Below are positions 46,076-60,656 of a DNA stretch of 64,000 nucleotides, piece after piece. Under the pieces are notes generated by a model, which was not told the origin of the DNA, searched no databases, and was given only the letters and a program-made list of their open reading frames with translations. Source of the stretch: Phoronis australis (lineage: Eukaryota; Animalia; Phoronida); assembly GCA_002633005.1 (NCBI GenBank), contig NMRA01000001.1, forward strand, positions 107,401-171,400, given 5' to 3'. Every line of letters starts with the position of its first letter. Positions within the stretch are counted from its first letter, which is position 1. Made by a program: the position numbers and the translations under genes.

Positions 46076-47778
46076 GCAAAGGCGTTGTAGCTTCCTTAAT
46101 AGAAACCTGTTTGCCGAATTTAATCAAAATACGTTCATGAACTCTGAAGATACAGTGTACAGACGTAAGGTAAAAAAAACATTTTGCCACTAAAGGGCAC
46201 AGTGATATTTGAGTAAGTTCAACATTTGAAACCGCGTTGTCGTCGGCTCCATAGGAATACATCTTTCAATTTTCACAAAGCTTGACCTTTGTCACGAAAA
46301 GTTACGAAATCGTGTTAAATCGGCAATTGCCGTTCATCCGTAACCCATCGAATAATTCCGTATCGTTCTTGACCTTCGATTAACATATGTGAAAATCTCA
46401 TATTATTTTGGAATGTGTTTATTGTGCACCGGCAGGTTTCAATGCTCAGCTACAATTGTGTTGCCTGTATGTCTCAATGAGTCTGTAAATGTTTCTGTCC
46501 GAACACAACTGGGCAACTCTGTCCACATGTATCCCAAGATGTCCATGTTGCTACAAGATAAAGTTTCTTTCTGTATGCCTGATGTCAATTAGACGCATTC
46601 TTATCAGTCTCTGGTTTCAGTGTCATCACATTTCGTTGCAATTTATCTAACGCAAGTAAAGTACACCTTCTCCAGGTAAAATACTTGGTAATCCTGAGAC
46701 CATTGGTAATATGCATTTTCATGTTTCAGCATTATTGCAGATTTCATAAGGAATTGAGTGGTGACATTTGTCTCTTGTAAATGAGTTATCAACAACAACT
46801 GCTTGATGAGGGTTGACATTCTATATTGGACAATCAAAATGTATAGAATTATTTTGATTATTGAAGACTATGAACTCACCAATACTTTTGTAAATTGACA
46901 TTTGGTTGGTTTTGGATGGGATTTGCGACTGAGATTGGATTTGAGTTTTTGGCCAAATCTTTGTTTTTCTTCACAAAGTGATTTGAATTATATGGTTGTA
47001 TATCTGTTTAGACCAACTGATGTTTCAAAACTAATGTACTGTACCTATTGGAGTCTTTGTGGCCCTGTGATAATAATATGGACCACCTTAAAAATGAATA
47101 ACAGCAGACCTTCAAAAAAGTACTAATTAATTTTGTAAAACGTTTCTCACTGATACATGTAAATGTAGTCAGTACTAAAAACTTTGTAGTGCTTAATTTT
47201 TAGACAACGGTTTGGTGAATACTTACAGGTAATGATGAAACGCACTTAGCAGCTTGCTAGCCACAGCACAGTTTTATTTAGGGTTGGAATTTCTTGACAC
47301 CTGTGACATGGGCATCATGTTGGAACTTCTGATGGTGCTGGATAATGATACAATGAAGTGCATGAGCTCTGGTAGTTCTAGATTCGGGTTCATGTTTGGA
47401 GACATCCTACTGTAGGTCTCTCAATTCCTTTTTTATTCATGCGACTGATTCGACCCTAAAGTGAGAGTAATTCATTGACTACACTCACAGTAATGAGAAC
47501 AATTTTTATAACTTTTATTTGTATTGTTGTAGGATTTAATTGTCAACAAGTACAAAGAAAACCACAGATTTTTCTTTTGAAATCATCCAAATATTAGTTT
47601 CATACCTGTCATAATACATTTTCTGTCGTCAAGAAGACTTTCGACTTCCAAGTCCCAGTTAACCTTTTGCCTTCCAGAACCCCTTTTTTATGAACAGATT
47701 GATCTGATATGCTTGAAGTTGAATGCTCTTGGGCATAAAGTATATTTATTCATTGTTAATCCTTAGGAAATCCCCTAG

Positions 47779-50505
47779 TAGGCCATGGGCCGTAGCTCCA
47801 GTCTTTTCATCATGTGACCATTTCAGGGGGACAACGTGATTGTTTCTGTATGGATAAATATACCATTAAGTAATTGATACCTGAAAAGTTCCCACGTTTA
47901 AAGTTGCACATTTTTTGTAAAAAAAACCCAGTTTTTGTGAGTCCTTATGTTACATTATTGAACAAGAGGTAGCGCTAAATCCAACAAAAGACTAGCACAA
48001 GATAGCATTTTAAGCCAATCACAAGCTCAGAAATTAAGTAACTGAAGACTTAATCTAACATGGTGGCTCGCTTAGAGATGCTGTTAATAAATGCAGCATA
48101 CACTTTCAAGCACAAAATTCATCTGATTTGTTGAGTTTCTCGAAAGTGACATGGGCAAAGAGCATTGCCAGTGTGAAAGAATGATTTTCCCTTGGAGATG
48201 AAGACAGTAATGAGCACAGTGTGTGTCACCAGGTGGCATTTGCATCAAGTAACTTCAAGGATTGGCGTGGGTTCCAGGCAGTAGTAACACAAATTACTTT
48301 ATAAAAGCTTACTGGCGTTTTAAAGATTGAAAGAGCAAAGAGGAAAGATTGCGAAACTATAGAGTATGCCGAGAATAGGACCCCCTGAGGTTGGTGAGTG
48401 TTAAATTTTTCCTGGGAGTATGATAAATTGATGCAAGTCATTAAGTCACTTCCTACCCAAGTCAACACGTACCCAAGTCAAATTTCAAAAGTATTTTAAA
48501 ACTTTGATGTGGAAAAGCACTGATTAAAATCAATCAATCGTGCCATATTTATGCAAAACGACTCAATATTACCCGTTATTTAGTGAATGAAAATGACAAT
48601 TTATTAGTAATGTATTTAGCACGGATACTAGTTGACTTGGGTGCGAGTCGGCTAAGGTATGAACTGACTGGAAAGCTCTAATATGTATAAATGGTAAAAA
48701 GACTGTGTTCCCTGTGTTCCCTGGATTCTGTGTCTGCCCTGCATGTGTTTGAAACGAGTATTCAGATAATTCACTGAATAATCGGCCCGTGTGATGGCAT
48801 TTAAATGCAGGTACTGTACATTGCAGGACACATAATCCAGTAACAAGGTGACCATTTTCTTCAGTGTACATTGTTATTTTCTCAGTAACCATAACTCTGG
48901 GCACGGTGTAAGATATCTATCAAAATTATACTTTTGTAATGTCCAGGCGTGGGAGAGAGGTAATCTTCATATTCGAATCTCGAATTGTTTTCAAGACCAT
49001 TTTGCATACAAACCCATTGATAACTGTTTCACTTTTGAGCACAACACGCTAGGGCGTGTATGTGCATTTCTTACTTTGAGTGTTTACTATGTGTCTTTTG
49101 ATCATTCTTTGTACTTCCTATCAGTTCTTATAATAAAGAATGAGTACATGTCAACATCTATCATATTGTAGGACAGGCCTACAATGCTTTCCATATTTTT
49201 AAACTCTGTCAACGGTTTTTATTTTTAATTTGATTGGTTGTAGGTGGGTTGTTTTTGGATGCTGATTAGGCAGGAAATGGTACGGACGTTTTGATCAGAA
49301 TACAGGGAAGAAATCTGGTAGCACTCGAAGTCAAATACCATCGTTCTTGCTACAAAAGCTTCACAAGACTACTGACAAAACATAAATCTAACGATAGTGA
49401 AATCTTCACAGATTTATTTCAAGAGTTTTGCTTTGAAGCTGTGGAGCAACAAATAATCTCGCATGGGAAAATATTGCATTTGACTCTGTTAAAGTCAGTC
49501 CTCGAGGAAACTTTATCCAAAAGAGCATATAATGTATGTGTCCGAACTAGAAATCTGAAATTGAAAATACTGAGAATTTACCCTATTTTACAATTCCTTA
49601 GTCCAAAACGGAATCAGAGTGAATTGTTGTTAAACAAACATAATGTTCATTTTGTAAGTGCTGGACTACAAGTCACTGAAATGTGCAAGTGCCAAAACCG
49701 TGGGAATGTGAAAGTTAGTGATGAAATTGAGTCAGATGATGAGTAACAGTGTGATGGACTTGCATCCCAGCCGGAGGAACTTGGAAATACATCTCATCAA
49801 GAGGCAGAAACCAGGCTAGTAACTGGTCCAGTGAGCCTGGTGATTTGTGAAAACATTTTTCTATTTTCATATTTACATCTCTAGTAATGGCTTTTTATCT
49901 TGTTAATTTCTCGGCATTTTGTACTTCATCCAATTGCATCTGTTGCTATTCTACACTTTTTGTCGCCATTTTTTGAAAAATTGTATGCTTTGGACTTGTA
50001 GCAGTGATTGTTTTTGTATGACAGATTAGTAACTGTGTGATAAAATAAAGGTGAGACATAGTCAGTTTGATAATTATAGTTTCACCAACAGTAAAAACAG
50101 CAAAAAAACACGATGAATGGAAGTTCCATATTTCACAAACAGGTGACACACATAAATTCATATTTCTTCCATAATTCTACGTTTTACTTGAAAAATATAT
50201 CAAATTTTGTGTTTATTATGACCAAGTAGAGCTTGTAGGAATATTATTTGCAGTATCATTCTTTATGGACACTTAATTTTCTTCTCTTCTAACTGTTTTT
50301 GATTTCATGTAAAATTTGCTGAATCGGCACAATTTTAACATCAAATTTCACAAAAATTTGCAAGTTTAAACGTGGGACCCTTTTTGATTCATAAAGTACA
50401 GTGATCTGTGACATCAGAAGCACCTGAATTAAATTGCTCCCCACACCCTAAAATGGTCACAGAAGTGGTTTTCTAGGCCTCCTCTGGCCTACGTCCCGTG
50501 GCCTA
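47779..50505 (+). mobile_element. Academ-like DNA transposon, internally deleted (~2.7 kb)
   Basis: TAGGCCATGGGCCGTAG ... CTACGTCCCGTGGCCTA; imperfect TIR similarity extends ~160 bp; flanks TAG/AAG. Internal ORF 49291-49746 has NLVALEVKYHRSCY, matching the Academ DLxAxExKYHxxC motif. Confidence 0.8.
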
Positions 50506-52470
50506 AAGATAATTATGAGTTATATAAACTTAGGTGAAATAAAGATGAAAAGCCAAAATTTCTACATGTAAGCCAGCGTTACACAACTTTGAACTAAAAA
50601 CCGTAGACAGAGCCTAAATCAGTACAGTGGGTATGGGGATTTGTACGGTGGGTTTTGTATCTACTGGTTTAGGATTCGGTTTTGGTTAATAGTAGCTTAA
50701 TTTTGAGATGCAGCCATGGAAACATTTGTACCCCATGCACTAGGTTCCGTGCTCTATATTGTCTATTGCAAACCCAGTCCCAGGGTCTGAAAATTGAACA
50801 TCACACCGCCACGCAGGAAAATTATTTCTTGTAAGCAACTGATATCGTGTACCTCCGAGTTGTACATAATCTCCTAGAAGAGGAATCATTAACAACCAAG
50901 CTGGGCAAAGTCATGAATCACTAACGCCAAACGGATACGTCGACTTCAAATGACTCGGAATAGCCACAGAAATAGTTCCGAGGTTCTGAACAAATTAATC
51001 TTGTTGTTTACGAGTAAGAATCAAGCTGTGATTTTCAAATGTTTGTAAGTTCCGATTCCTTGTTTTGCTGACAAGAAGTTCCAAAACACCTAACTTACCT
51101 CGATCGCTTGAGCTTCACATGTTTTTTCTTCCTTCAGCTGGTTCGTGTGTATTATGGGTAATCGCTCCACTAGCAACCCCGCATAAATAATGAGATTTGG
51201 ATGAAGGTCCGCCCACTTGTGACGAATTTTAAAAGAATAATTGTAAAATAACGAGAGTACATGTATGTACATGGTTGTAATTTACGAAAAATGTTGATTT
51301 TATTGATATCTTTCGATTGGCAAAGCTCAATTTGTGATCTAAACAGGTGAAAGTAAAGGAAATAGTGACTTTAAGATCGAAAGTCAACATCACGGTGTGC
51401 ATGGATACCTGTTTTTTTCTGGATCTGTTATATGAACAAATTATCTTTTCACACGCGTTGGAAATGTTCAAACTTGCATGTTCATCATCATTGTTTCCCT
51501 GTCTGCGTTTTCCCGTTTCGAATTTTCCCATTTCAACATCAGTATTTTATTCATACGTAACCCGATCAAATTAGCTGACAACTCGGGTTGCTATCCTTGA
51601 CCACTGTCTCGAAATCTGTCCTCATTTTGGCCTCCCTGAGCAGGGTGAATTAAGGGAAAGCAGTTAATTTCTTTTCTACAACAAAACCACAAATTATGAA
51701 ACATACGCAGGTTCTGACCATACAAAAACCTTTTCTACAGTCTAAAAAATTGCATTTAAAGTTCGTTTTTTTGCTTTTATATGTACAAAAAACGTAACCG
51801 GCAATACGAAAAAATGAGCAAAACACGCGAAGTATGCAGTTTTCAACCCAAAGCCACGGCTGGCAAGCTACTACTCATGATGCGAGAAAACACTCGAGAT
51901 TTCAAATCAGAAGGAAATGGGTGTCCACCAGCCTGTTTTTTCTCTAACCCGAAACGTCTGAGGTCCGCTACCTGAATTTCCAGCCACAGGTTAATTGCCT
52001 TGTCTGCATTAAGTGGTAGAGTAATTACGAACAGCCAAGGTTGCCGAAAAGAGGTGAAGGGGCCGATAGCCTGGATTTTTCTAAACGGATACAAAAAGTC
52101 ATAAATGCCATTCATAGTAACCACACTTACACTAAATCTCAAAATATGCAGCGAATCCCCCGTTCTTATGAAATTTTGGGGGAGGGGTTAATTCAACTGG
52201 CTCGAAAAAAAGTATCGAGTGTTACCATTGCTTGTCCTCAAACATGGCACACTTCCAGTTACTGATAACGTGTTTGCAAACTCTCTATAACTAAATATTA
52301 AGCTGACAAGTTGCAAACGGCAGGGTGTAAGTCGAACTCTTCGTCGGAAAAATCTCCCCTCATGACCGAGAATAAAGGTGAGTTGACAAAAAAGTTATGA
52401 AAGGTGACTCAGTCATTCTTTATTAGAACTGTGCCGCCCTAATGGCTATAACCAGTCCTGATGAAAAAAG

Positions 52471-52472
<2 letters not shown>

Positions 52473-52530
<58 letters not shown>
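52473..52530. repeat. (CA)n microsatellite
   Basis: Perfect CA run grading into TA. Confidence 0.95.
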
Positions 52531-54440
52531 TATATATTCACATATATATGTAGTTGTATTTAATTATTTGGAGACTAGGCTTTATATTTTTGCTAGTGTT
52601 GTCGGGTCATTCCATGGCTATGGGGGGCACATCAGTGCTAGGACGTATGCAAATGACACTTTTTGTATGGCACAGTGTGATTCCTAAATTACTTTTTGTG
52701 TCTAAACAGTGTACGTGAGTGGCAATGACATCAGACGTGGGCATGATATGAAGCATATTGATTATTACTCATACACATTCAGTCCCACATTGTATAAGTC
52801 AAGAGGTACACCATGAAAAGACTGAGGCATTCAACCGGACGTGACCAGTGTTAAACTAATAACGACAGTGCACGTGTTTTTACTATCGCGATACTTGTTT
52901 TTAAGTAGGGTTGTAGTGTGGATTCTAGTGAGAGTCATCTGTTTGCAAATGGACAGCAATACACATGATGCGTTGCATGGGAGCGTGTTGCGCGAGTAAC
53001 CGTTCAGGTACAGACTCCATACTGGTTATTCAAACGTCATTGAAAAAAGGTACCAGGGCACAGGAATAGTCAGAATTTCGCTACATGCGTTCGCCCAGCC
53101 TAAGATGTAGGGATGCAGGGGCCTCAAATTTTTGGGTTTGTGGACCTTATTACTAAAAAAAAAAAGATGAACAGGGTTTGTTCAAGGCCTATAAATTGTG
53201 CATTCACCCCCCGAGCCCCCTTGGGTGCTAGTCAGCAATTCGCACCCCGGACTGCCAATTGGTATCTGGGAGAATTTTAGGGGGGCCCATGGCCACCTTG
53301 CCCCCCCCTTCCCTAAAGCCGCCACTGGAAATGACCATTACATGGTTCAGAATGGGTCTAACCAATCCAAATTGAGAAACTGGCGTAGCGCCTGTAACAC
53401 ACAACTATTTGCCAAATTTCATAAGCTACGGAACGTAAACAGCACCTGATACTTGGGAGCACAGCTATGGTCCGATTGATTCGAAACGTCATCGTCATCC
53501 GTTGCCATTTCTATTGTAGCCCAGTTCCGAATTCCCAAAGATCCCACAAAGGTTTAAGAAGATATAGCCGTAGACGTAAAAAGCAAAACTGCCCCTAAGG
53601 GGCGCCAGAATAGTCGAAAACAACAAAAATCAAGATCAGCCAGAGTGTTCGCATCCGGAACATAACCGGCAATTTTCATAATCGACCTTTGAGTGGTTTT
53701 GCAGATAGTGAGACAACGTCAAAAGCATAATTAAAATCTCTGAATGCCCACCAGGTGGCACAAATCTATCAAATCTGTGTGACATGAAGGTTTTTGACAT
53801 TCAGAATGCACGTAGGCGCAAGTAGATTCATTACATCAAGAATTTCGTTTAATATTCTCTGTATTAAAATTGACATAAATGCTGGGAAACGCTGACGATA
53901 GCGTTTAAGTGACAATATTGGAAATAGTCGTGGTTTGAGAGAAACAAGGAAATTCGTGGACGGGACTGCAAAATTGCCTGTTAAAAGTTCCGCGGTCACG
54001 CACGCTGCGTTGGCTGGTGCATGACCTATTCACTGCGAGGTTTTTTGAAGTGACGGTGGAGGAGACCTGGAAACTAGAAGAATCAAAGAGGCTCTCAAAG
54101 AGGAGTGCTAACGTCAATGAAGAGAAACACCAGGGGGGTTCTAATAACCCAAGAGTTGGAATAGCCTGATCACCACCCCATCTAGTGGCCACCAGCTTCT
54201 AAAGAAGGCTGCAGTAACTCAAAAGTTGAAGCTGTCAAGTGGTAAACACCTCAACTGTTTCTGTCTCAAGAAGTCGTCTAGCATCTGCCGAAGTTGTGAA
54301 TTCACTGCTGATACCAATATTTTATTTAATAAAACAATAAACACACACCACAGTTCGTTTTGGACAAATCAAATTCACGACAGTCAATTTGTGATCATGT
54401 TTTGTCGTTTGATGATTCGTGCACAGCAGTTCATCTTAGA

Positions 54441-55124
54441 AACTGGATCGCCGTTGATTTCGGTCGCTTCAGTAAAAATTGCCCGTGATGAGAGTCGTTG
54501 CATGTGGTTAGAGGTTTAGAGTTCAGGTGGCGTGGTATTGGTAAGTGTGCTATTAGTGGTATTTTGTTTCGCGTTCCTTTAGGGAGAGCGTTGAATACTT
54601 CTAATCGTAAAATGGTAAACGTACAAATAAAACTCCCAATCTTTGTTGCTTTTTCTCAGTTGAGTTAAGCTTTTCCCTTGAAGATTGCCTGAGTTAGCTT
54701 CTGTGGCAAGGATTTTGAGCGCGGTAAGAGTATTTTCGGTTTTAAGTAAGAGTGGAATTCCACCCCCTGCGGAGCGGAATCNAACTGGATCGCCGTTGAT
54801 TTCGGTCGCTTCAGTAAAAATTGCCCGTGGTAAGAGTCGTTGCATGTGGTTAGAGGTTTAGAGTTCAGGTGGCGTGGTATTGGTAAGTGTGCTGTTAGTG
54901 GTATTTTGTTTCGCGTTCCTTTAGGGAGAGCGTTGAATACTTCTAATCGTAAAATAGTAAACGTACAAATAAAACTCACAATCTGTGTTGCTTTTTCTCA
55001 GTTGAGTTAAGCTTTTCCCTTGAAGATTGCCTGAGTTAGCTTCTGTGGCAAGGATTTTGAGCGAGGGTAAGAGTATTTTCGGTTTTAAGTAAGAGTGGAA
55101 TTCCACCCCCTGCGGAGCGGAATC
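54441..55124. other. 340-bp tandem duplicate joined by a single N (probable uncollapsed allele)
   Basis: 54441-54781 is repeated at 54783-55124 with a few substitutions and indels; N at 54782. Confidence 0.75.
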
Positions 55125-55457
55125 AATATTCGTCGGTATACTAGTTAATAAAAATGAAGTATCTGAATGTCGCTTTCCCCACCAAGTGCAGAACTTTCGA
55201 GCATGCGCAAAAACCAACAGCAAACGTAACACATTTTTGTTTCAATTGGAGTGCACCAGAATTTGTTTCGAACAAGGAAGCTGATACAAGGAAACAAGTT
55301 TTTAAAACACGTAAACTGACAAAAGATTATAGATAAGTGGATAGATTAGGAGTTTTTTTGTTGTTTCAGCGCTTTTGTCTTGATATTCATGAGTATCGAC
55401 TGATTGAAAAACTCGATGCGACAGATTCACTTCGTCATTTCGTTTAAGGCTTTCAAA

Positions 55458-57739
55458 ATGACAACACAAGTAATTGTGTTTGCTTCTAGTTTAATGTGCT
55501 ATATTGGTTTACTGCTTCTTAAATATGGCTTTGCTATGAGTGCAGTGTTCCATAAAAACGATAATTATAGAGACAATTGTACTGTGAATGCAAGATACCA
55601 GGGTGTAGTTTTAATGTATTGCACCTCGATTTGCTTGATGGAGCGTAATATCTATCCAAACTTCTGTGTGGGATTAAACTACTTGGCGGAGGAAAAGACA
55701 TGCGAACTCTGTAACGCGTGTCCTTCGAATCTGTCACCAGCTTCTGGGTGGTCCGTCTGGACAATTTCTGATCAACAGCAGAATAACTTCGGTAAGTAGA
55801 TGTGTAACTATGCTTTTTTAAGGGCAAAAAGGTCAAATAGTCATCAACAGCCTGTCACATGAAACAGTCCCAAATAGGCACTCTATTACGTCCCTTTACA
55901 TTAAAATATTTTCAATGTTAGTTGATTCACGAATGCTGTAGTTTCTAATGAAATGTCTCTATCATTTTAATCACAAAAATACAGACTTAGTCCCTAAATT
56001 AGGAGTGTTTCCTGAAAAGTCCCAATTTATTGTCAGCAATGTTAAGCATTCAAAATAGAGTTTACTCTCAACATTTGTCAGGTCTCATAATCTCATTCGT
56101 AATGTAAAGAAAACAGTAAAACAACTTAGGCAATCACAGCTAGAGGTAAAATTCACGAATGCTCTGAGAACTTAGGAAACATAGCGAAGAATCCTTCTTT
56201 GAGACTCTTTCACGCCAACTGCCACAGAAGTCGTTTATGCGCGTATCTGTTTTTATAAGAGAGTATTTTAGGGTTTACACAGGCTTCAAAATCAAGAATT
56301 CGCCATCGCTGGATAATTTTTACCCACCACAAACCTGATTTTTTAAAAAACATAATAGTCTTAAAATGTTTCTCAGTCAGATTAGAACAGATAGCTACAA
56401 GGGCTTCACGAAGAACTGGTGGTCATTGTTTGAGAACACGTTCTACAAGTTGACGTGGGGTGGCGTGTCAGTTGAAGCATTCAACATAACCTTAAACAAT
56501 AGCAAACTGCAAGTTTTCCAAGACAATTACTTCTCATCTAAGTTTGGACTCAATTATTGTGAAATTTTCGTGCCAGGTTTATGTATGTAGCTTATATCGA
56601 GTGTTGCTTCACAGAAAGCTGCTTTCAAGATGGCAGATATGACGCGTTTTCATCCATTTTCAATCGTGTTGGGGTGTGATTTTATACGACAAGAGGGAAT
56701 GATGTGAATATTCGCATGTGGAGGTATACTATCTCAAACCACCTGTAACATTTTTTTTCTCAGACTAGCCGGTTTTTAAGTTATTTGAATTTCAAAAATG
56801 TAAAATTTGGTGGAAATTTTCGAAAATGTTAAGGAATTTTATGAAACCACTCTGTTTGACAAAGTTTTAAAATGGGTTCAGCAAATTTTCCTTTTTTCAC
56901 TAGGGCGTCTACTTTTTATTATTCGAGATTTTCTGATAAAACTGTTTCTTTGTTTACTGATTTTACTGCACTTTTGTTGGTTTTCCATATGTTGAACAAG
57001 ACTATAGCCTATTTCTTACTCAATTCTGGCATCTTTGTTCGTCATATGGTTGCCACCACCATCATCATCATCTCTATTGAGGTCCTTTCAATTAATTACG
57101 CCACGGAACGCGGCCGTTTTCTTGATAGGTGCTTTTATTTTTGTAGCTTCTTGCGAAGACTGGAAGAAGATAGGTTGTATTGAGGATGGTGAGTATGTTC
57201 TAGACCCGGATGGACAAGGTGGCCTTCCCAGCTTCATAGTAGAATGCAAAATGAATGGACCGTCAGGAGCGTCAGAGACCATTTTCCATCACAATCGTGA
57301 GGAGAAGACGGGCGCTGGTGATTGCGAAGCCTGGAGGTGTTCCGTTGTAATTGTAACCTACGTGGCGACCATAGAACAGATCGTACACGTGATAAGCGCA
57401 TCATCAAGGTGTGAGCAGTACATTTCCTACGACTGCATTGGCTCTTCTTTCTACTTTAATGGTGGGCAGGCTATTGGTTTTTACTCACGAGATGGGCAGT
57501 TGCAAGATTACTGGGGCGGAGCTACAGCAGGAAGCAAAAGTTGCGCATGCGGTATGACCAACAGTTGCTATACAAGTGCGAAGTGCAACTGTCATTTGAA
57601 TAACTATAAGTGGTTATCTGATTCTGGGCTTATTACAAATAAAGATACCCTTCCCGTGACTAAAATGGCATTTGGAGACTTGGGGGGCATTTATGAAAAC
57701 GGAAAATACCAACTCGGACCTCTCAAATGTTTCACTTAA
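55458..57739 (+). CDS. Secreted PAN/apple-like + Caspr-type fibrinogen-like domain protein, copy B (308 aa; exons 55458-55791, 57147-57739)
   Basis: Same architecture and intron phase as copy A; CAAAATG context; GTAAGT..TTGTAG; intact to TAA. Confidence 0.85.
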
Positions 57740-59068
57740 TTTTTGTTGCACGAAGGAGAAGGAGAGTAGGTCTAGTGTAGTCGGCCAACGACAGATTGTA
57801 TATGTCAGGCAGGAACTGCATCAAGTGAGCAAGCATTTGTTTTACGGACAGATATTATGTGTTCGTGTTGCGCTATATTGGACCTGAAATGCTATCTCTC
57901 TCAAATGACCCGTGTATTGCACTATTGTTGGATGTTGCTACCACTAAAGTAACCGTGAGAGTTTGGAATATGGAATTATGGCTGTTTTCTCGACTGCGTT
58001 TTGCTCGAGTGTTGGAGTTATGAAGCCTATTATTGTTTAATTTCACTTTGTCATACTTGTTCATCAAGCAAGACTCACAGGAGGCACGGTTTGCAGACAA
58101 CCGATGATTTTTCGGCAAAATTAGTCAACAGACCAGACAATGGCATTAGTCATTCTTTATACGCACCTACCCGACTGGCCCTGGGGGCGGGAAAAGCCTC
58201 AGGCAGTGGCCTCTGATTTTTCAACTTCAGTCTTAGAACAACTTTCGACAACCTGCCAGATTACAAGTTAAGAGTTCTTCAACAAGACATTTTGGTTGTT
58301 AAAATCATGTTGCAGTATATTACGGAAAGAAGTAACATTTGTTTTGAGATGATTGTTCTGCAATTACAAATGAAAACCTAGAAAGCTAGGCCCAACTTAC
58401 AGTTTTTTTAAATAAATTCCGTGTGTTTATTTGAGTCGCTAAGTGTGTTTGTATGTGTAAATTATTACCAATTTCAATTGTTTCTGTGATGACTCATTTT
58501 TGAAAGGTTTAGCAGTTTTCTTGTGACATAAAATTTAAGAAATAAACAGTTTATGCTGTAAAAGAACCCAATCCAACACTTACTATCACTGACAGCAGAC
58601 ATTGCACTTTCCAACTGTCCAGCTTCAAGTGGACTGGTAAAATTTTTTAATGTTCCCTCATCCCGCCTCACCAAGATGTCCAGACCTGTTTTTTCACATG
58701 TAGCGAACTTAACATATTACAATGTACCAACTAAAAATCGCAGGGTAAAAAAAACGTTGGAACGGTTGTGAGGTAGACTAAGCATGAAAGCGAGATCACA
58801 GAAATTGCTAATAGTCACAAGTTATACACACACATCAGTTAACGAATTGTCCGACCACCGGTCACATGGTTACCTATGTGGCTAAAATAAATACCCTACG
58901 CATTGAATGGAAACGGAGAGGATAAAACCAAAATGTATATTTGTCAATCACTTACTTCTTCCACAGTCTTCGAAGTCGAGTAGAATGATAAATCTTGTGT
59001 AGCCATACAACACGTTAAGGAGGATTGTAAGAAAATTGTGTCAAGTGAATTTCACTGAACACAACATT

Positions 59069-59203
59069 CACAGGGCCAATTCGAATGTGGAGAAAACTTT
59101 TTCCTCGGCGGAAAAGTTTCCTCCACAGAGAAAATGTTTTTTTCGTGGAGGAAAGTGATTTTTTCGTAATGTCGTTTTTTCAATGTTACCTTTGGGCCAC
59201 TGT
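59069..59203. mobile_element. Small MITE-like palindromic element
   Basis: CACAGGGCCA ... GGGCCACTGTA ends with internal GTGGAG.AAA / TTTCCTCCAC inverted units. Confidence 0.45.
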
Positions 59204-59419
59204 AGTCTCTTCTATACAGTGTACATCATAGTCACTACCAAAGTGGGGAGTAGACGCACGCAGACGCAGTACATAGCCTTCCCCACTCTACGTACCAGAA
59301 ATTTGGGTTTTATGGGTGACACCACGAAGTCATACATTTACTAAGAAGGAATTATATTTTACTTAAACCTTCCTAGTAGACTGCGCCAGGTGTCACTTTG
59401 TCGTTTGCTTGAATGACTT

Positions 59420-59500
59420 CTCTGTGGTGTAGTGGTTAAGGTGCTGGACTCCAATTATCTGTAGCTTCAGAAGACGTGGGTTCTAAACCTTCCTGGGACA
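59420..59500 (+). mobile_element. tRNA-derived SINE head
   Basis: A box TGGTGTAGTGG and degenerate B box GGTTCTAAACC; no valid cloverleaf. Confidence 0.5.
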
Positions 59501-59739
59501 AAAAATCTTACGATGATGAGTGGACAACATATCTCTGCTTGTTGTTTTAAGAACGCAGGAACACCTGACCATGACCATAGAATAGACCGACCGATACGTC
59601 GTGACAATGTAAATAGAGGTCGGTGTAAATAGACCAAGGGATTTTAATATTAGTTGTAACACGCCACCACCTCAGGCTGTTTAAGAAAGTCCCAATTTAT
59701 TGTCATTAATGATTTAAAAGCATTCAATGGCCGCAGCAA

Positions 59740-59877
59740 ATTACGATAAGTGGTCATCGGATTCTGGGCTAATTACGGATAAAGTTATCCTTCCCGTTAC
59801 TAAAATGGCATTTGGAGACTTGGTTGGTGACGACGAAAAAAGAATACCAACTCGAACGTCTCAAATGTTTCACTTAA
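59740..59877 (+). pseudogene. 3' fragment of PAN/Caspr-like paralog (copy C)
   Basis: YDKWSSDSGLITDKVILPVTKMAFGDLVGDDEK, then a frameshift before YQLERLKCFT*. It is followed by a 3' UTR homologous to copy B; upstream coding sequence is missing. Confidence 0.85.
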
Positions 59878-60656
59878 TTTTTATTGCACGAAGGAGAAGG
59901 AGAGTAGGTCTAGTGTAGTCGGCCAACGACAGATTGTATATGTCAGGCAGGAACTGCATCAAGTGTGCAAGCACTTGCTTTATCGGCATGTGTTCCGTGT
60001 GCGTACACCGCACAGTATGTTCACGGACATTGTAAAAATGTTATTACTTGTGACTGCCAAGCATATTGAAATTGGCACCCGCTACTTTTGACCTGAAATG
60101 CCACCTCCGGCAAATGACCCGTGTATCCAATATTGTTGGATCTTGCTACCACGAAAGTAGCCGCGAGGGTTTGGAATGTGAAATTACATGTACTGTTGTT
60201 TTCTCGACTGCCTGATCACTACCTCATCTAGTGGTCACCGACTTCTGAAGAAGGCTCGTGTAACTGAGAAGCCGAAACTGCCAACAGGTAAACAACTCAG
60301 GTGTTTCTGTCTCAAGAAATCGCCTAGAATCTGCTCAAGAAACACTCACGTTGATTACCCCTACCTAGTGCAGGACTTTCGTGCATGTGCGAAAACCACC
60401 AGCAAACATCACACTTTCTGTTTCAATTGGAGTGCGACAAAATGTGATCACCATAATTAGTACTGGACTATGATACTGATACTAGTAAGTAAATTTTAAG
60501 AAAAGGTAAATTTACAAACAATCAATAGAGAAATAGACGGATCAATCGGAATAGGTTTTTTATTTCACCGCTGTTGTCCCGATATTCATGAGTATCGACT
60601 GATTGAAAAACTCTATGCGACAGATTCACTTCGTCATTTCGTTTAAGGCTTTCAAA

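Noticed and set aside
46560-51230. Scattered minus-strand exon-like pieces around the Academ element (e.g. 47225-47460, 51095-51230)
   Set aside because: They contain stops, show no recognisable protein motif, and could not be linked into a gene.
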